A program made the position numbers and the translations under genes. A DNA stretch of 64,000 bases, taken from NCBI GenBank assembly GCA_016283355.1, contig JAEEMS010000026.1, positions 28,947 to 92,946 of the forward strand. The letters run 5' to 3'. Positions 1 to 8,444 of this stretch are shown here, piece by piece. Source of the stretch: Elusimicrobiaceae bacterium. Lineage in GTDB: Bacteria > Elusimicrobiota > Elusimicrobia > Elusimicrobiales > Elusimicrobiaceae. The notes under the pieces were generated by a model. That model made no database searches. It was not told the DNA's origin and was given only the letters and a program-made list of their open reading frames with translations. Position 1 is the stretch's first letter, and each line of letters begins with the position of its first letter.

Positions 1-157
1 AAGCAATTTTTTCTAAGGTTCCTGATTGTCCCTTTCGCGTGAATACAGAGGTATCTAATTTGGGTTTTCTTACTCTTCTAGGAACACCCGCAAAAGAGGG
101 CGCGAGGGTGTTGAATAATAAAGTGAAACTTAAAACGACAGACAATATCTTTTGCAT
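1..157 (-). CDS. 5' part of a secreted hypothetical protein (runs off the left window edge; not in ORF track)
   Basis: Manual translation from ATG at 157: MQKILSVVLSFTLLFNTLAPSFAGVPRRVRKPKLDTSVFTRKGQSGTLEKIA, open to position 1; Sec-type signal peptide; purine-rich SD (GGAAAGGGA) upstream. Confidence 0.75.
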   Translation of the reverse strand, partial: MQKILSVVLSFTLLFNTLAPSFAGVPRRVRKPKLDTSVFTRKGQSGTLEKIA

Positions 158-202
158 AATATTCCCTTTCCTGTATTGTGGCACTTTTTTTGCAAAAGCA
201 AA

Positions 203-235
203 AGGGCCAAAAGACCTATATTTATTCTAGGACCT
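203..235 (-). promoter_or_regulatory. TAGGTC-N4-GGCCCT motif (218-203) plus upstream AGGTCCTAG half-site, ahead of the 1-157 gene
   Basis: Recurrent motif also seen at 2739-2754, 14760-14775 and 34619-34634; function is inferred. Confidence 0.45.
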
Positions 236-261
236 TTGACCCCTTTATCAAAACAATTTTA

Positions 262-741
262 TTATCGGGCTTTGCGTTTTAAAGCAGCCGCTACACATGC
301 AGGAACCAGTGCGCTCACGTCCGCCCCGTAGTCAAAAGCTTCTTTGACGGCAGATGAGCTGATATGCGCCACATTTGGCTCTGCCGGCAAGAAAACAGTT
401 TTCAAATCCGGATAAAAGAACCGATTGTACGCGAGGGACGTATTCTCATACTCCAAATCGGCCGCATTACGAATACCGCGTACTAACAGTTTCAACCCTT
501 GCTGTTTCATGTAATCCGTTAATAACCCTTGTGCCATGTCCACTTTAACTTGCGGATCTTTTTTAAATGTTTCTTCCAATAATTGTTTACGTTCTTGTAA
601 AGAAAAAAGAGTTTGTTTCTTACCATTGGGCATTACCACAACGATCACCGCGCCGAAAATAGCTTGCGCGCGGTGTACAAGTTGTACATGTCCGTTGGTA
701 ACAGGATCAAAACTGCCGGCAAAAACAACTGGGGTCAACAT
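262..741 (-). CDS. coaD: phosphopantetheine adenylyltransferase
   Basis: GSFDPVTNGH (HxGH) motif, LVRGIR, ISSSAVKE; typical length. Confidence 0.95.
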   Translation of the reverse strand: MLTPVVFAGSFDPVTNGHVQLVHRAQAIFGAVIVVVMPNGKKQTLFSLQERKQLLEETFKKDPQVKVDMAQGLLTDYMKQQGLKLLVRGIRNAADLEYENTSLAYNRFFYPDLKTVFLPAEPNVAHISSSAVKEAFDYGADVSALVPACVAAALKRKAR

Positions 742-794
742 TTCGGATATCCTTATATATTACAACTACCTCACTATTATGATATCATAATTTT

Positions 795-1916
795 ATGATA
801 AAAAATCCCTTTTCCGATGAAATTTATTTAAAACGTACCCATCCCCACACACCGGATTTGCGGGGAGAATATTTCCGCGACCAAACAAAGATCATTCATT
901 CGCTTCCGTTCCGGCGGTTAAAACACAAAACACAAGTATTTTTTGCCCCTAATAACGACCATATTTGTACACGTATCGAACACGTACTCCATGTGGCCAC
1001 TATTGCCGCTACCATTTGCCGCGGACTGAACCAAAGCAAGAATTGGAATTTAAGTGAAGATTTGGCTTATGCGATCGGATTAGGCCATGACATCGGGCAC
1101 GCCCCCTTTGGGCACGAAGGAGAACGCGCCATTGACCAATGTATCCGCCCCCGCCGTTTTTTACACGAACTTAACAGCTACCGCGTGGTAGAACATTTAG
1201 CCAACTACGGCGAGGGATTAAACCTTACGTTTGCCGTTAAAGACGGAATCCTTTGCCATTGCGGAGAAGATTTTGCCAATAACCGTCTTCGCCCTGCCGC
1301 CGTTCCCAACGATTTGGAAAATATCCAAGGGCGCACTCAAATGCCTTCCACTTATGAAGGGTGTATTGTGCGTTTATCGGATAAAATTGCTTACCTTGGG
1401 CGCGACATCGAAGACGCTATCAAAGCCGATTTAATTACCAAACAGGATATCCCCCAACAGGTGCGCGAAGAAGTGGGCTCCTCTAACGGAGAAATCATCA
1501 ACACCCTTACGCTTGATTTAATCAATCACTCTAAGGACCAGGATTATATCGGTTTTTCCGATGAAAAATTCGAGCTTTTATCTCAATTACGCAAATTTAA
1601 TTATGAGTGCATTTATCACAACGAGCAAATGTGCCGCCGTCAAGATGCCATTAACAATTGCATCCAGGCCTTGTTTTCCTACTTCCGCCAATTGTTTGAC
1701 CGTTATGGGTTTGATCATGAAGCGTATACCCAAGAACGCAAATTAACCGCACGCGGATTTGGCAATTATCTTAAATCCATGAACAAAGTTTACGGACAAG
1801 ACAAACAAAACCGGGATACCATTATTGCCGATTACATCGCCGGAATGACGGATTCCTTTGCGTTAAGCGTGATGGAAGAAGTTATTTTACCCACCACAAT
1901 TGATTTCTTCAATTAA
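795..1916 (+). CDS. dgt: dGTP triphosphohydrolase-like HD-domain protein
   Basis: RDQTKIIHSLPFRRLKHKTQVF, GHDIGHAPFGHEGE, C-terminal DYIAGMTD. Confidence 0.9.
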   Translation: MIKNPFSDEIYLKRTHPHTPDLRGEYFRDQTKIIHSLPFRRLKHKTQVFFAPNNDHICTRIEHVLHVATIAATICRGLNQSKNWNLSEDLAYAIGLGHDIGHAPFGHEGERAIDQCIRPRRFLHELNSYRVVEHLANYGEGLNLTFAVKDGILCHCGEDFANNRLRPAAVPNDLENIQGRTQMPSTYEGCIVRLSDKIAYLGRDIEDAIKADLITKQDIPQQVREEVGSSNGEIINTLTLDLINHSKDQDYIGFSDEKFELLSQLRKFNYECIYHNEQMCRRQDAINNCIQALFSYFRQLFDRYGFDHEAYTQERKLTARGFGNYLKSMNKVYGQDKQNRDTIIADYIAGMTDSFALSVMEEVILPTTIDFFN

Positions 1917-1921
1917 CCCGC

Positions 1922-1948
1922 AAAAAGCCCCCCGGTTTGGCCGGGGGC
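1922..1948. terminator. intrinsic terminator hairpin between convergent genes
   Basis: GC-rich stem gcccccgg/ccgggggc with A-tract on the left (U-tract for the minus-strand gene). Confidence 0.7.
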
Positions 1949-1967
1949 AGGGTATAAGTTAGGTTCG

Positions 1968-2693
1968 TTATAAAAGGGAAGGGGCATTTTTCATTAAAAA
2001 TCGCAGGATGTCTGTCCGTTCCGGGCTATCTTGTTGCTGTTCCACTAAAGATAAAATATTGGTTCCCGCGGCATTTGTTCCCCATTCTAAAATTTCCTGT
2101 TGTAAGATGTCATCGGAACTGGCAAACAACAAGCTGGTGCGGTCTTTCCCGATATTCAAACGTGCTTTAAGTGCTTTTTCCAAATTAGATCCTTCATATA
2201 ATTGGTAAAAGGAAGATAGGTCCCCTCGGCTGATATGTGCAATCAGCGGGGTTTCTTTCGCCTCGTTTTTCTTATTTTTTAACTTATTGATTTGTGTGAA
2301 ACCTGCCGAAGAAAAGGTACGAAACAATGAACCGACAGCTCCCACCGTAGTAACTTCTTTGGCACTGTGCAACAAATTATTTCCCAAAGCATCTGTCCGT
2401 AAAAGCATACGAGAAGATACGCATATCGGGGATGCTGTTTGAATACGGGAAACGAGAATATTCCCGGCTTCGCAACGCTGCGAAACGTGTGTGCGTACTT
2501 GTTGTATTTTTAAAATATATTGTGCAAATGCAGAGGCATCCCCTTTCTGTGCCCATTCTTGAAATTGTGTGAAAAGAAGGGTTTCCGGTTGTTGTTTGTC
2601 CTCAGTTGGGGAAGGCGCCGCCATCGCGGGCTGTACCAGCATCCCCATTACCACCAAAATCCCTATTAAAATCAAAATTTTTCTTTTTTTCAT
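1968..2693 (-). CDS. secreted hypothetical protein with degenerate ankyrin-like motifs
   Basis: Signal peptide MKKRKILILIG...AMA; motifs DALGNNLLHSA, NEAKETPLIAHISRGD and NAAGTNILSL resemble the ankyrin G-x-T-P-L-H consensus. Confidence 0.7.
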   Translation of the reverse strand: MKKRKILILIGILVVMGMLVQPAMAAPSPTEDKQQPETLLFTQFQEWAQKGDASAFAQYILKIQQVRTHVSQRCEAGNILVSRIQTASPICVSSRMLLRTDALGNNLLHSAKEVTTVGAVGSLFRTFSSAGFTQINKLKNKKNEAKETPLIAHISRGDLSSFYQLYEGSNLEKALKARLNIGKDRTSLLFASSDDILQQEILEWGTNAAGTNILSLVEQQQDSPERTDILRFLMKNAPSLL

Positions 2694-2738
2694 AACAACC
2701 TCTTACTTATAGTATGTTATTTTAAAAGGGAAAAGACG

Positions 2739-2777
2739 AGGGCCCTTAGACCTAGGTCCACAGGGAAAAAAGACCTA
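2739..2777 (-). promoter_or_regulatory. TAGGTC-N4-GGCCCT motif, perfect palindrome GACCTAGGTC (2749-2758) and second TAGGTC half-site (2772-2777)
   Basis: Seen directly upstream of the 1968-2693 gene; motif shared with three other upstream regions. Confidence 0.45.
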
Positions 2778-2810
2778 TCTTTTTTCTGGGCCCTTTTGCC
2801 AAAGGGAAAT

Positions 2811-2834
2811 AAAAAACCCTCTCAAAAGAGAGGG
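2811..2834 (-). terminator. terminator downstream of tRNA-Gly
   Basis: Stem ccctctc/gagaggg, aaaa loop, A-tract at 2811-2816 (U-tract on minus). Confidence 0.7.
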
Positions 2835-2840
2835 AGTAAA

Positions 2841-2914
2841 TGGAGCGGGCGAAGAGAATCGAACTCTCGTCTCAACCTTGGCAAGGTCGCGTTCTACCAT
2901 TGAACCACGCCCGC
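2841..2914 (-). tRNA. tRNA-Gly (GCC)
   Basis: Reverse complement GCGGGCGTGGTTCAATGGTAGAACGCGACCTTGCCAAGGTTGAGACGAGAGTTCGATTCTCTTCGCCCGCTCCA folds as a cloverleaf; anticodon GCC; T-loop TTCGA; encoded CCA. Confidence 0.97.
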
Positions 2915-2984
2915 AAAAGCGATACTACCTAAATAGTATAGCAAAATTTTTTTGTTCCTACAACCTTTTTGGCGTACCCTTCGC

Positions 2985-3869
2985 TTATCCTTGCGCTTGC
3001 GGGTCAACGGCAGTTGTCGTTTCTTCCAACAATATTCCCGCAATATCTTTGAGGTAGTGGTTGTTTTTGACCGCTTGGCGGATTATTTCATTACGCCGTA
3101 ATTCGTTCAAGTAAGGGTTGCGTTTGATAATTTGCAGCGCTTCTTGCGGATTGTCTCTAAAATATTTAATGGAAGGGCTTACTAACAAGCGCGCCATAAA
3201 CCGGCTACCGGCCACCACCGTTATCATTTGCTCATTCGTCAAGACGGCGCGGACTGTTTCACTATCAAAAAAATCTTGCATGGCTACCTGATCTTCCGTA
3301 AAGGCCGCCAACATTTGTGGGTCTTCCAATAATACAGATACATCCGGCCGCCCTACGAATCCTTTAATAACCTCATCATTTCCCAGCAAATAGCGCATCA
3401 TCTCCGGGTCCGAACGGTTGGCAGAAAAATTTTCCGTCAAAGCCCAGGGAGCGGAACCGACAATGTTGTACATTTTTTCGGTAAATGATTTATAGTTAAA
3501 CCGGCTCATAATAGGCAAAGTGGATCCCAAATTGGAAGCTGCCACACTGCGGTCTTGCCCCTCTTGAATATTTAAAACTGTGGTAGTACGGGTTGGGTTA
3601 AATTCCCGATCATATTGCAATCCTTGCACTTTTTCTTTATCCAGCGAATGCGATAAATTAGCGGAACGATTGTTGGCCCACAAAACCCACAATCCGCTAA
3701 TTAACACAAGAAGTAAAATCAAACTGCCGATAACAAGCAGTGGCAAATCGCTCGCCTTTTTAGGGGCGGCTTTTTGAACCGCTCTTTCTTTGCTAGGAGC
3801 AGATGGTTTCGTTTGAGTAATTGTAACCTCCGGGTGACGGAGTTTGCGAATAATCTCTTCTGTTTCCAT
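2985..3869 (-). CDS. hypothetical single-pass membrane protein with helical DP/NP-type repeats
   Basis: One hydrophobic segment (LLVIGSLILLLVLISGLWVLW); repeated DPEMM, DPQML, NEQMI, NPQEA and NPYL motifs. Confidence 0.75.
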   Translation of the reverse strand: METEEIIRKLRHPEVTITQTKPSAPSKERAVQKAAPKKASDLPLLVIGSLILLLVLISGLWVLWANNRSANLSHSLDKEKVQGLQYDREFNPTRTTTVLNIQEGQDRSVAASNLGSTLPIMSRFNYKSFTEKMYNIVGSAPWALTENFSANRSDPEMMRYLLGNDEVIKGFVGRPDVSVLLEDPQMLAAFTEDQVAMQDFFDSETVRAVLTNEQMITVVAGSRFMARLLVSPSIKYFRDNPQEALQIIKRNPYLNELRRNEIIRQAVKNNHYLKDIAGILLEETTTAVDPQAQG

Positions 3870-3942
3870 AGTTTAAAACCATTAAATCAAGTATAATTTA
3901 TTATATGAAATCTGAACCCTTTGGGGAAATTGCGGAGTATTT

Positions 3943-4323
3943 ATGCAAAAAACTATTTTTTATCACGATACGGATTGCGGCGGGGTAGTATACTACGGAA
4001 ATTACCTTAAGTTTTTTGAAGAAGCCCGTACTATTTATATGGCAGAAAAGGGGTATCCCGTCCCCGCGCTCATACAACAGGGCAAATTTTTTGTAGTGGC
4101 ACGGCAAGAAGTGGAGTACAAATTCCCTGTGCGTTATGCAGACCAAATTACAATTGATACAAAAGTGTTGGAAGTTTCCGATATTAAAATTGTATTTGAA
4201 AACACCATCACTAATCAGAATGGCCGGCTTTGTACAAAAGGGAAAACAACTTTGGTATGTGTGGATAAAAACGGGGTTCCAACTTCTATGGGAACGAATG
4301 TGAAAACAGCGATGGGATTATAA
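3943..4323 (+). CDS. acyl-CoA thioesterase, YbgC/4HBT family
   Basis: DTDCGGVVYYGNYLKFFEEAR hot-dog fold motif. Confidence 0.9.
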   Translation: MQKTIFYHDTDCGGVVYYGNYLKFFEEARTIYMAEKGYPVPALIQQGKFFVVARQEVEYKFPVRYADQITIDTKVLEVSDIKIVFENTITNQNGRLCTKGKTTLVCVDKNGVPTSMGTNVKTAMGL

Positions 4324-4335
4324 TTCCTTAAAAAG

Positions 4336-4361
4336 AACCCCCCTGCAAAAGCAGGGGGGTT
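4336..4361. terminator. bidirectional intrinsic terminator
   Basis: 11-bp stem aacccccctgc/gcaggggggtt between convergent genes. Confidence 0.8.
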
Positions 4362-4367
4362 TATCAT

Positions 4368-4628
4368 TTATACAATTTTATTTTCTTCTTCTTTTGCTCT
4401 TTCCAATTCTTTTTCAAGTCGCATATGCAAACGCCGTAGAACCGTTTGTGCATTTTTTTTCCACTCTTTTACTTCTTTCAAAGAAACTTCCACTTCCTTT
4501 AATTTAAGAGAATTCTCTTCCAACACGCGCAAACGCTGTTTAAGCAACGCGTTTTCTCCCGCCAGTTCTTTTTGACGGGCCAGCAGACGAGAAACCAAAA
4601 TCTCCAGTTGCTGTATTTTTTCTTGCAT
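4368..4628 (-). CDS. ZapB-like coiled-coil protein
   Basis: 86-aa heptad-rich protein (QQLEILVSRLL...ENALLKQRL) directly after pheT, where zapB often lies. Confidence 0.65.
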   Translation of the reverse strand: MQEKIQQLEILVSRLLARQKELAGENALLKQRLRVLEENSLKLKEVEVSLKEVKEWKKNAQTVLRRLHMRLEKELERAKEEENKIV

Positions 4629-4638
4629 ACCGACGTCC

Positions 4639-7020
4639 TTAGCGCAATTGTGCGCCTACTTGCGTACGCAATTGCTCCACAATACGGTTAAACGCATCGT
4701 CAATTTCTTTATCTTTAAGCGTTCCATCTTTTTTGGAAAAGGCCAAACTAAACGTCACGCTCTTCTTCCCTTCCGGCAAATGTTCTCCCTGGTAGACATC
4801 AATCAAATGATACGATAAATTCACATCCAGAGGCGTCTTTTCCAATGCACTTATTACTTGCGCGTATGAAACCGATTTATCAAGCACCACGGACAAATCC
4901 CGCAAGGACGGAGGAAACACCGCCACATCTTGTGCGGGTTTAAAATCTTGTGCGGAAAATGTTTTTTCGATTCCTTTCGTGCCAAATTCAAACGCCCATA
5001 CATCCGCGTTTTTAATGCCAAACGCTTTGAGTGTCAGCGGATGAATCTGACCAAAAACGCCGATTACTTTTCCGCTCAATAAAATATCCATACTGATTTT
5101 GGGATGCATATACACGGGGGCCTGTTTAGACGGAGCAAACGACACTCCTCCTACCCCGCCCAGCAACGCTTGCATAAGCCCTTTGAGCCAGTAGAAATCT
5201 ACCGGGCATTCTTTTTCAGCAAAAAATTTATCCGTCAAACTGCCGCAAAGCACACCGCCTACGGTGTAATTCTCCACAGGAAAACCTTTCATGGATTGAA
5301 AGGTCTTGCTCGTTTCAAAGAGTGCTAAATTGGTGTTACCGAAACGCAAATTGCTCTCCACGTTTTTAAGCAGAGAAGGCAATAACGTCGGGCGTAGATA
5401 ATCCCACCCTTGCGCCAGCGCGTTCTTGACGCGAATGCAAAATTTGGGATCCGCACCAAAGAGTTTTAAATCTTTCTCTCCCAAGAAATCAATGTTCTTA
5501 CACTCGCAGAATCCGGCACCGATTAACTGCATGCCATAAATTTTAGAGAGGTCAATTCCTTTGGGATTATCGGCAAACACCACACGTGCCTTGGTAGGAG
5601 CAGCCGGGATTTGATCGTACCCGGCAAAACGGGCTGCTTCTTCGGCAAGGTCCCATTTATGATTTAAATCTCGCCGGTGCGTGGGCGCCTTAAATGTCCA
5701 TTTATTGCCGTGCGCATGGAACTCTGTGGCCAAGCGGCCGAAAATTTCTTTTAATTTTTCATCCGAAATTTGCGCCCCTAAAATCGCATTGATTTCAGCC
5801 GGCGTAAATTCTACGGTTTTATTTTCAAATTTTTGCGGATAAACATCGTTTATCTCACTGGCTGTTCCGCCGCAAATTTGTACGAACAAATCACTGGCGC
5901 GGCGCATAGCAAGCATAGCGCCTTCAATATCGCTGCCGCGTTCAAATCGCTGGGAGGAATCAGATGAAATCGCGAACTTTTTTACAGTTTTGTTAATCGT
6001 GGGCGGATTGAAATATGCAGCTTCCACGAAAATATCTTGTGTATCCTCTTGAATACCGCTGTTTAGTCCTCCCATGATACCGGCCAAGGCGGTGGCCTTT
6101 TTCTCATCGGCTATGAGCAAGCAATTTTCGTTTAATTCCAGTTCGCGCCCCCCCAAAACGGTAAATTTTTCACCTTCTTTGGCGTTGCGTACAATAATTT
6201 TCCCGCCTTCCACCAAGCGCAAATCAAAAGCATGGAGAGGGTTCCCCAGTTCAAACATCACGTAGTTTGTAATATCCACAAGCGCATTTTTGGGGTTAAG
6301 CCCCATGGAGGCCAAACGTTCTTTCATCCACTCGGGTGATTCTACATTTTTCACTCCGCGAATAATACGCCCGATATAGCGGCCGCACCCTTCGGGGTTT
6401 TGGATTTCCACATCCAGTGCTTTTCCTTGCCCTTTGATATCTTTAATTTCCGGCAGTTTGACAGGTTTGTTCAGCAGCGCACCCAATTCGCGCGCCACCC
6501 CCCAATGAGAAAGTAAGTCCGGACGATTGGAGGTAATTTCCAATTCAAACAACGTGTCTGCTTTTCCGTAGAGGGTAGAAACATCTGTTCCAAGCTCTAG
6601 TGTATCATCCAATACCAAAATTCCATGCGCACGTGTATGTGTTAATCCTAATTCATCGGAGGAACAAATCATCCCTTCCGATTCCACCCCACGTATAACA
6701 GCCGGCTTCATCACGATCTTGCCCAGCCGCGCCCCTACGCGCGCGAGCGGGACTTTTTGCCCAACGGCAATATTGGGCGCACCGCAAACAACACGTTGCG
6801 TTTGCCCGTTACCACGGTCCAACGTTACCAAATGCAAATGATCGGAATTGGGGTGCGCGTCAATTTGCGTGATTTGCGCTACGTGTACGCCTTCAAAATC
6901 GGCCCCGGTGGTTTCAACGGAGGCAACTTCAATACCTAAATCGGTCAGTTTTTTGGCTAACTCTTCGGGAGCCAGATCCACGTCTATAAAATCTTTTAAC
7001 CAAGAATACAGAATTTTCAT
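4639..7020 (-). CDS. pheT: phenylalanine--tRNA ligase beta subunit
   Basis: MKILYSWLKDF start, EITSNRPDLLSHWG, RFERG, C-terminal FDX-ACB domain; 793 aa. Confidence 0.98.
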   Translation of the reverse strand: MKILYSWLKDFIDVDLAPEELAKKLTDLGIEVASVETTGADFEGVHVAQITQIDAHPNSDHLHLVTLDRGNGQTQRVVCGAPNIAVGQKVPLARVGARLGKIVMKPAVIRGVESEGMICSSDELGLTHTRAHGILVLDDTLELGTDVSTLYGKADTLFELEITSNRPDLLSHWGVARELGALLNKPVKLPEIKDIKGQGKALDVEIQNPEGCGRYIGRIIRGVKNVESPEWMKERLASMGLNPKNALVDITNYVMFELGNPLHAFDLRLVEGGKIIVRNAKEGEKFTVLGGRELELNENCLLIADEKKATALAGIMGGLNSGIQEDTQDIFVEAAYFNPPTINKTVKKFAISSDSSQRFERGSDIEGAMLAMRRASDLFVQICGGTASEINDVYPQKFENKTVEFTPAEINAILGAQISDEKLKEIFGRLATEFHAHGNKWTFKAPTHRRDLNHKWDLAEEAARFAGYDQIPAAPTKARVVFADNPKGIDLSKIYGMQLIGAGFCECKNIDFLGEKDLKLFGADPKFCIRVKNALAQGWDYLRPTLLPSLLKNVESNLRFGNTNLALFETSKTFQSMKGFPVENYTVGGVLCGSLTDKFFAEKECPVDFYWLKGLMQALLGGVGGVSFAPSKQAPVYMHPKISMDILLSGKVIGVFGQIHPLTLKAFGIKNADVWAFEFGTKGIEKTFSAQDFKPAQDVAVFPPSLRDLSVVLDKSVSYAQVISALEKTPLDVNLSYHLIDVYQGEHLPEGKKSVTFSLAFSKKDGTLKDKEIDDAFNRIVEQLRTQVGAQLR

Positions 7021-7029
7021 AAATACTCC

Positions 7030-8070
7030 CTAAAATTGTTTGAGTAAGCGCACATCGTTTTCATAGAATGCGCGAATATCTTTGATGTTCAGCATCATCA
7101 TGGCCAAACGTTCTACACCCATCCCGAAAGCATAGCCACTAAACTCATTCGGATCAATGCCGCAATTTTTAAGTACATTGGGATGTACCACACCGGCCCC
7201 GAGCATTTCAATCCAACCGTTGCCTTTGCAAACATTGCATCCCTTTCCTTGGCAAAAAACGCATTTTACATCCACTTCTACACTCGGTTCCGTAAACGGA
7301 AAGAACGACGGGCGGAAACGAATTTCCGCTTTGTTTCCGAACAGTCCTTTCATAAAAGCGGTAAGATCACTCTTGAGATCTGCCAGTGATACGTTTTTAT
7401 CCACATACAGCCCTTCGATTTGGTGAAATACCGGGCTATGGGTAGCGTCTAAACTATCGTTGCGGAACACCCGTCCCGGCGCCATAATACGCAGCGGCGG
7501 TTTGTGTTTTTCCATATAGCGGCTTTGCACGTTAGACGTGTGTGAACGCAATACAAGCGGCATTTTCGTATCTACAAAAAACGTATCCTGCGCGTCACGC
7601 GCCGGGTGATGTTGCGGCACATTGAGTAAATCGAAATTATGTTTTTCGTCTTCCACCCATGGTCCTTCGGCCCATTCAAAACCCAAATGCGCCAAAATGG
7701 TGGTCATGCGGTCTTGTGCTACGGAAAGCGGGTGTTTATGTCCTTTAGCTACCGGATACCCCGGGAGTGTTAAATCCAAATCTACCTTGTTCAATTCGTT
7801 ATTAATCTCTTGCGCGGCAAAAAAAGCCGTTTTCTCATCTAAAGCAGCTGTTAAGGATGCTTTCAAAGCGTTCCCCAACGGGCCGGCTTCTTTCTTTTCT
7901 TCTATGGAAAAATCTTTTAATCCTTTCAATAACTCAGTGAGCGCTCCTTTGCGCCCCAAGGCGGCTACGCGCAAATCTTCCACTTCGGCAGAAGTGGTTG
8001 CGGCCGCTATTTTATTTTTGTATTCTTGTTCAATAACAGAACAGGCAGTTTTGAATTCAGCAATAGTCAT
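7030..8070 (-). CDS. pheS: phenylalanine--tRNA ligase alpha subunit
   Basis: HPARDAQDTF, PGRVFR, RPSFFPFTEPS, AFGMGVERL. Confidence 0.98.
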   Translation of the reverse strand: MTIAEFKTACSVIEQEYKNKIAAATTSAEVEDLRVAALGRKGALTELLKGLKDFSIEEKKEAGPLGNALKASLTAALDEKTAFFAAQEINNELNKVDLDLTLPGYPVAKGHKHPLSVAQDRMTTILAHLGFEWAEGPWVEDEKHNFDLLNVPQHHPARDAQDTFFVDTKMPLVLRSHTSNVQSRYMEKHKPPLRIMAPGRVFRNDSLDATHSPVFHQIEGLYVDKNVSLADLKSDLTAFMKGLFGNKAEIRFRPSFFPFTEPSVEVDVKCVFCQGKGCNVCKGNGWIEMLGAGVVHPNVLKNCGIDPNEFSGYAFGMGVERLAMMMLNIKDIRAFYENDVRLLKQF

Positions 8071-8145
8071 AGTATTATTATAGTATTTTCTACGCGTGCG
8101 CGGAAGTTTTTACGCGGTAACCAAAAAATAAGATAAAATAAACAT

Positions 8146-8442
8146 ATGCCCAGAGATATTATTCAAGTAGAAATCAAACGCATCCCTTTAGAAATAGAAA
8201 ACCCCGGAGTAGGGGTGGTGGAACTGTTTGATTTGGCTGCCAACGTTGAAAAATATATGCAGCAACTGCAAAAAGACGGAGAAATCGACACACTCAAACA
8301 AGCGTTGTTGGCCGCTCTGTACTTTGCCACACAAGCATATCTAAGTTCCCAAAACGAAGGGGGCAAACGTCAAGAAGACGAGGCCCGCCTCAACGAACTG
8401 ATTGCCAAACTGGAAGCTGCTACGGACAATACACACAAATAA
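8146..8442 (+). CDS. zapA: cell division protein ZapA-like
   Basis: N-terminal beta pair (IQVEIKRIPLEI), AANVEKYM, DTLKQALLAALYFA, C-terminal coiled coil. Confidence 0.6.
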   Translation: MPRDIIQVEIKRIPLEIENPGVGVVELFDLAANVEKYMQQLQKDGEIDTLKQALLAALYFATQAYLSSQNEGGKRQEDEARLNELIAKLEAATDNTHK

Positions 8443-8444
8443 TT

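Noticed and set aside
39-230. 63-aa plus-strand ORF in the track
   Set aside because: GTG start with no SD; it is antisense to the better-supported signal-peptide gene at 1-157 and crosses its promoter.
795-1916. dGTPase as a possible nucleotide-depletion anti-phage gene
   Set aside because: It has ordinary Dgt-like length and motifs, sits beside coaD, and has no defence or mobile neighbours.
2841-2914. tRNA-Gly as a prophage/island attachment site
   Set aside because: No integrase and no duplicated tRNA 3' end found elsewhere in the window.
7397-7405. Perfect DnaA box TTATCCACA
   Set aside because: Single copy inside pheS; I saw no clustered boxes or AT-rich unwinding element, so it is not evidence for oriC.
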